A stretch of 14,055 nucleotides of DNA, taken from contig NW_021825911.1 of the NCBI RefSeq assembly GCF_006345805.1, forward strand, positions 1 through 14,055. The letters run 5' to 3'. The notes beneath the pieces were generated by a model. That model saw only the letters and a list, made by a program, of their open reading frames with translations. It searched no databases and was not told the DNA's origin. The position numbers and the translations under genes are program-made. Each line of letters starts with the position of its first letter. The stretch's first letter is position 1. Shown piece by piece: positions 9,619 to 14,055 of this stretch. The DNA comes from Octopus sinensis (taxonomy: Eukaryota).

Positions 9619-9719
9619 CAGTTTAGAAGTTTAATTTGTAGTCTCGATATCCCATTACGTGGCGTCCTGAATGGATGTTCAGTGAGTGAAAGTGAATTGA
9701 CGAAAACCGAATAGAAGCC
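9619..9719 (+). mobile_element. Degraded 5' fragment of SINE family A
   Basis: GTGAGTGAAAGTGAATTGACGAAAACCGAATAGAAGCC (9682-9719) is colinear with the reverse complement of 8811-8846 (GTGAGTGGATTTGGTAGACGGAAACTGAAAGAAGCC). The upstream TCCCATTACGTGGCGTCCTG resembles the segment following the B box. Confidence 0.55.
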
Positions 9720-10265
9720 TTAACACACACTGTGTCGTACTGACTCTACTGGAGATGGTGTAAAGAGTATACGTGTTTCTGGAATGCTCAGACGTGTAAA
9801 AGTTTTACACACTAATTCAATAAGCAGGAAATATAGTTGATCGGAGAACTGAACCCTCTTCGTCGAAATCGAAATCCATCCATCCATCCTTCCTTCCATC
9901 CATTCTCCCACGCAAATACATGCCAATATATATAATTGCGGTTTAAAAATCATATAAAACTCGAAGAAAACCTTATGAAATAGCTTATAAAGAAGGAAAA
10001 GACCTGAATACCCAGGGTAAACAATTAGCTGTAAAATATTCATAAATTAATCAATTAAACGATATATCCGTTAAAAAATTGTTTTCGCGCTAGATTACAT
10101 ATACATCTAGCAATATATACACATACCAAAAAATCTATAATATACGTATATACACTAAACATACGGACGCAGGTACATGGCTACATAAATATAGAGACAT
10201 ATATAGGAAAGACATATGTATCTGGTTAATGAGAGATAGATGACGGAAGATACCAGGTTTTATTA

Positions 10266-10368
10266 ATCACTACAATTATTTCGACACATCTAGCATCGAT
10301 CCCTCACTGGTGGGATACTTAACTGGTTCAGGAGCATCCGACGGTACAGATGTGTCTCTTCGGGTGAT
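10266..10368 (-). ncRNA. Type I hammerhead ribozyme motif (Penelope pLTR type) followed by a polyadenylation signal
   Basis: Minus strand: AUCAC [stem I] - CCGAAGA [core, U4C] - GACACAUCU [stem II] - 56 nt - AGAUGUGUC [stem II', 9/9 pairs] - GAAA - UAAUUG [short stem III with palindromic AAUU] - UA - GUGAU [stem I', 5/5 pairs] - U - AAUAAA (10264-10259). Predicted cleavage after GUA, between 10271 and 10270. Confidence 0.8.
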
Positions 10369-11171
10369 AAACAAATACAACTCGTTAAAAGAACAGTTCC
10401 GCAACGTATCTTCTCAATTCTTGCGAAGAAAGCAACAAATTAAAGGATATATAGCTTCATTTACATAGAATATCAATAATAAAATAACAGATGCAAAAAA
10501 CGAAACCAACACGCAATACAGCTCACTAGTTAAATATCTCGGAAGTTGGAACTTGGCCACTTAAATGTAAATTACTGAAAAATGTTTTCTTTATTCGTGT
10601 TTCACTTTTTAAAGAAATTTTTTCACAAATACAAGTTTAAAAAAACCCAAAGCATACAAAATTAATTTGAATACGTGATGGTAAGTTACACGGGATCTAG
10701 ATTTGAAAATGAAGTTTCCCATATAGAGACGTATAGTTGAAAACATTTTCTCTGACTGGAAATATCGCTTGAATAACATGTTTCCCACTTTAGAGGGCAT
10801 TAAAACTTCGGTGGAATCCTGGTTTAAGCACCCTATATAATCTCTCATAAACTTTTTACTTTTTAGAATTTTCAGAAAGTTTTGTGAATTTGTTTTCTAT
10901 ACGCAAGAATTCATACAATTATGAAATTAAATCTCGACGCCTTACCCCATAGATCCTAAAAGATCTGCTCTTTTTTTACTTTCTTTTTTTTCAAAATCAA
11001 AGTTTGAAATACGGATAGTTCGAATCTTTTGCTTAAATCCCAGCAATGGACCACCCTTGAGTGCATCATCATTCCATTAAATGAGTTTATGGCGAGAAAA
11101 AATATAAAAAAAAACATCAATACATGTCAGAGTGACAATGAAACGAAGAAGGTGCTTGAATCAGAATTCCA

Positions 11172-11370
11172 CCATTCCTTCACGTTCAATTGGTGTCTCA
11201 GATCGTTGTGTTTACAATATTCAAGGTACCTTGGCTCTGGAGTACCTTGATCACCCAGGAAGGTGCAACTTAAATTGCGCAAACTTTAGCAGTGGAGCGG
11301 TATCCAAGAGTAATGACCTGGATGCGGCCCGCCACCCTGAGTGTTTAAGAAATTACGTAGAGATGTGGTA
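11172..11370 (-). pseudogene. Possible ancient RTE-clade LINE C-terminal remnant
   Basis: Minus-strand translation across stops and frameshifts gives HIS..K...W.R....LL....PLL.....KL...G, then KVLQSQGTL, then NVKEW. This follows the order of RTE ORF C-terminal motifs as I recall them (RIS..HKTN.WVR...EPLL.TVKRRKL.WFGH...KTILQGTLEG...DNVKEW). Aligned by eye only. Confidence 0.3.
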
Positions 11371-11526
11371 GTGGTGGTGGAAGGTGCTTTTCTTCTGAAG
11401 ACCTCCTGTTGTTCACATCTCCCTGTAGCTTCTTACGACCGCAACGAAACATATATAAGTTGAAGTTTTTATCTTTATTTTATCAGTTAATTTACTTTGC
11501 ATGTGTAGTTTGCATTTTACGGAGTT

Positions 11527-11531
11527 ATACA

Positions 11532-11565
<34 letters not shown>

Positions 11566-11640
11566 ACACACACACATACACGCACACGCATGCATACGCG
11601 CACACATACACCCCCCTCCGTCACATACACATACGCACAA
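11527..11640. repeat. (CA)n microsatellite, degenerate at the 3' side
   Basis: Directly visible. Confidence 0.9.
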
Positions 11641-12180
11641 GTAATCCCTCTTTGTACATATTCCATGCCGTCATTTTGTTTTCACTTAAGGGGCCCTCCT
11701 CGTTTTTACATTTCAAATTAAATACGCTCAAAATATGTAAACATTTCTTGTTTTCGTTTTTTGCTTCTCATTGTTTCTTCTTCTTCTAATGCGGAAAACG
11801 ATTATTTATTTTTCAAATCATCGTTATCACTTGGTTACATTTTCATTTCATCTAAATCACCATATTTTTCTATTTTCTGAGATATCAATTCATTTGAGTA
11901 TATTTAGTTGTGACACGTGTGTAAATCTTTTAGACATTTCCTTCACACTGTCCCGTTTTCCTTCTTTTGCCTCTTTCTCTCCCCCCTCCACCTTTTCTCA
12001 CCATCTAAAACTTCCTCAAATTTAATGTTACAGAGTATTTGTTTTTAATCCTTGCTCTTTAACAAAACTATTGCTTTTGAAGTTATGTCGTTTCGTCTTC
12101 CTTTGTTTTTTTTACTTCTGTTATTTGTGTAGCAAAAGTAAAATGCGCGCTCGTGCACAGTACACCCACCTACACACAGA

Positions 12181-12181
12181 C

Positions 12182-12214
<33 letters not shown>

Positions 12215-12254
12215 TGTATGTATGTATGTATGTATGTATGTATGTATGTATGTA
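12181..12254. repeat. (TATG)n microsatellite
   Basis: About 17 perfect units. Confidence 0.95.
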
Positions 12255-12359
12255 TACTCTTACTCTTTTACTCTTTTGCTTGTTACAGTCATGTGACTGT
12301 GGCAATGCTGGAGCACCACCTTTAGTCGAGCAAATCGCCCCCAGGACTTATTCTTTGTA
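12255..12359 (-). mobile_element. SINE family A 3' fragment (copy 1 of a tandem pair)
   Basis: 99/105 identical to 12588-12692. Ends at CTTTGTA, merging into (TGTA)n. Confidence 0.9.
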
Positions 12360-12587
12360 TGTATGTATGTATGTATGTATGTATGTATGTATGTATGTAT
12401 GTATGTATGTGTGTGTGTGTATATGTGTATGTGTATGTATGTATGTATATATGTATTTATGTATGTATGTATGTATATATGTATTTATGTATGTATGTAT
12501 GCATGTATGTATTTATGTATGTATGTATGTATGTATGTATGTATGTATGTATGCATATATGCATGTATGTATGTATGTATGTATGTA
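12356..12587. repeat. (TATG)n microsatellite with degenerate centre
   Basis: Directly visible. Confidence 0.95.
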
Positions 12588-12758
12588 TACTCTTACTCTT
12601 TTACTCTTTTGCTTGTTACAGTCATGTGACTGTGGCCATGCTGGAGCACCGCCTTTAGTCGAGCAAATCGACCAAAGGACTTAATCTTTGTAAGCCTAGT
12701 TCTTATTCTATCGGTATCTTTTGCCGAACCGCTAAGTTACAGGGACGTAAACACACCA
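12588..12758 (-). mobile_element. SINE family A 3' part (copy 2 of a tandem pair)
   Basis: Colinear with 8591-8744. Minus-strand tail AAAAGAGTAAAAGAGTAAGAGTA; truncated after ACACACCA. Confidence 0.9.
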
Positions 12759-12784
12759 CATTCTACATTCTAACATTAGTAACG

Positions 12785-12940
12785 AAATCTTCCTCAAACC
12801 ATACCGTACCATCTTATGGGAAAGATATTTATTTTAGAAAACGTGTTCTTTAATACTTTAGAAAAACGCCAGGGTCCCGATCGGAGTACTATTGATCATA
12901 CATTTACTCAATAAAACCTGACCTGGATTTCAACAGCAAT
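12785..12940 (+). mobile_element. Degraded interspersed repeat, probably a retroposon 3' end
   Basis: Shares the ordered words ATCTTA, TTTAGA.AA, TAATAC, GAAAAA, TCCC, CTCAATAA and CTGGA with 13690-13820, and ends in CAACAGCAA. Resembles a recalled cephalopod repeat with a (CAA)n tail. Confidence 0.45.
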
Positions 12941-13689
12941 AGGTAAAAACTGAACAGTAGCGAAAAGTTAACATATTCAGAGTATCATACCGCAGCCAGT
13001 ATGGTAAAGAACATTTCAGGGTTGGTCAGTCTGGTCTTCACTTACTTGTGAAAACACGGTGTACCTGAAACAACGGGCAAATTCTGCTGTTTACCTACAT
13101 GTCATATATCTGCCTCAGAACTAACCTGGAGGGTAGAGAACACTAGAAACTTTATTACAGAAAACACATGAAAAGGTATGATGATATTAATGCACACAGA
13201 TATATGGACATACACAGAGAGAAGAATATACATGAGAGAAAGAGTGAATGAGTGAGAGTGAGAGAGAGAAGCGAAAGAGATAAATAAGAAAATGGCATAT
13301 GAAGCAAATACACGCCTGCACACATACTAACATACATTCTCAAACATCGTCGAAAGAGCTGAAGAGAAAAGACTGGCAGGACACAAGATAGAAAGAGAGA
13401 GAGAGAGAGAGAGGGGGAGAAAGAGAGAGAAATCAAGAGGCAAAGAAAAGGGGAGAGAAGGGAGAAATGCATACAGATACGTAAGAGATAGAAAAAAATG
13501 CATAGAATCCTCTTTATACGCGAGTTCTGGTGCTAGCAATGCATCGCCTAAAACTCTTGTGACTCCCATTGATCCTGGGATGACTCCATACACCAAACTA
13601 ATGTGATCAATGTAGTTGATGTCAAGTTTAATTTTCTTTTGGAATAGGTACTATCGTATTTTACGTAGTTATTCAACCTGCTAGATAGA

Positions 13690-13820
13690 TATACCCAGAG
13701 CGCACCCCTTTTATCTTAGAAAAACGAGAGCACTTTAGATAATATAGCCTTCATTGTAATACATCTCGGAAAAAGACTGGATAATCCCAGCTTCCTCAAT
13801 AATGACCGGTCTGGAGATAG
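13690..13820 (+). mobile_element. Second degraded copy of the 12785-12940 family
   Basis: Same ordered words, with an internal deletion; followed directly by a trinucleotide tail. Confidence 0.4.
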
Positions 13821-13839
13821 CCACCACCACCACCACCAC

Positions 13840-13902
<63 letters not shown>

Positions 13903-13935
13903 TACTACGACTACTACTACTATATATATATATAT
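13821..13935. repeat. Compound (CCA)n-(CTA)n-(TA)n microsatellite
   Basis: Six CCA units, then a long CTA/TAC run, then TA. Confidence 0.95.
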
Positions 13936-13976
13936 GTTGTAGCTCAGAAGGAAACTATTAATCCAATGATGTAGTG

Positions 13977-14055
13977 CAGTAATTCCCAGCCTGGGATCCG
14001 CGAAGTATTGGGGGTTCATGAACTAAATTCAAAATTTCTTATATATATATAAGGA
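13977..14055. mobile_element. Possible left end of a second hAT MITE, running off the window
   Basis: CAGTAATTCCCAGCCTGGGATCCGCG..TTGGGGGTTC has the same layout as CAGTGGTTCTCAATGGGGGTCCAC..TTGGAGGTC at 7977. The partner TIR is not in the window. Confidence 0.35.

Noticed and set aside
9835-9870. Minus-strand TCGACGA-A-GAGG...TCTC, similar to the 3206 motif
   Set aside because: C3 is lost and GAAA is absent (CGATC instead); too degenerate to support.
12255-12692. CRISPR-like repeat-spacer pattern
   Set aside because: Only two 105-bp SINE-derived units separated by microsatellite in eukaryotic DNA; no cas genes.
810-13596. All ORFs in the supplied track, including the 194-aa (6536-7120) and 164-aa (12190-12684) ones
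   Set aside because: Most are stop-free translations of TA, CA, TATG, TAA or GA repeats or of SINE/MITE sequence. The remainder are short with no recognisable domain or convincing exon structure.

Overview
AT-rich, microsatellite-dense, non-coding eukaryotic DNA (intron or intergenic). I find no credible protein-coding exon: the long ORFs are translations of simple repeats, and the others show no recognisable domain. From memory, the SINEs and other interspersed repeats resemble abundant Octopus families, so a coleoid cephalopod origin is inferred but not verified. The window is a mosaic of five kinds of element: (i) tRNA-derived SINE copies of two families that share an internal module; (ii) non-autonomous DNA elements, namely a 445-bp element with 29-bp TIRs carrying internal TTAGGG repeats and a G-quadruplex motif, and a 238-bp hAT MITE; (iii) a ~215-bp foldback palindrome; (iv) a probable ancient RTE-LINE remnant; (v) hammerhead-ribozyme (HHR) motifs of the Penelope-retroelement type. 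The HHRs are the most interesting signal. There is a well-formed type I HHR on the minus strand at 10266-10368, followed by AATAAA, and a decayed minimal HHR at 3206-3238. Both have the non-canonical core CCGANGA instead of CUGANGA. A third element carries hammerhead parts in permuted order at about 6496-6562.
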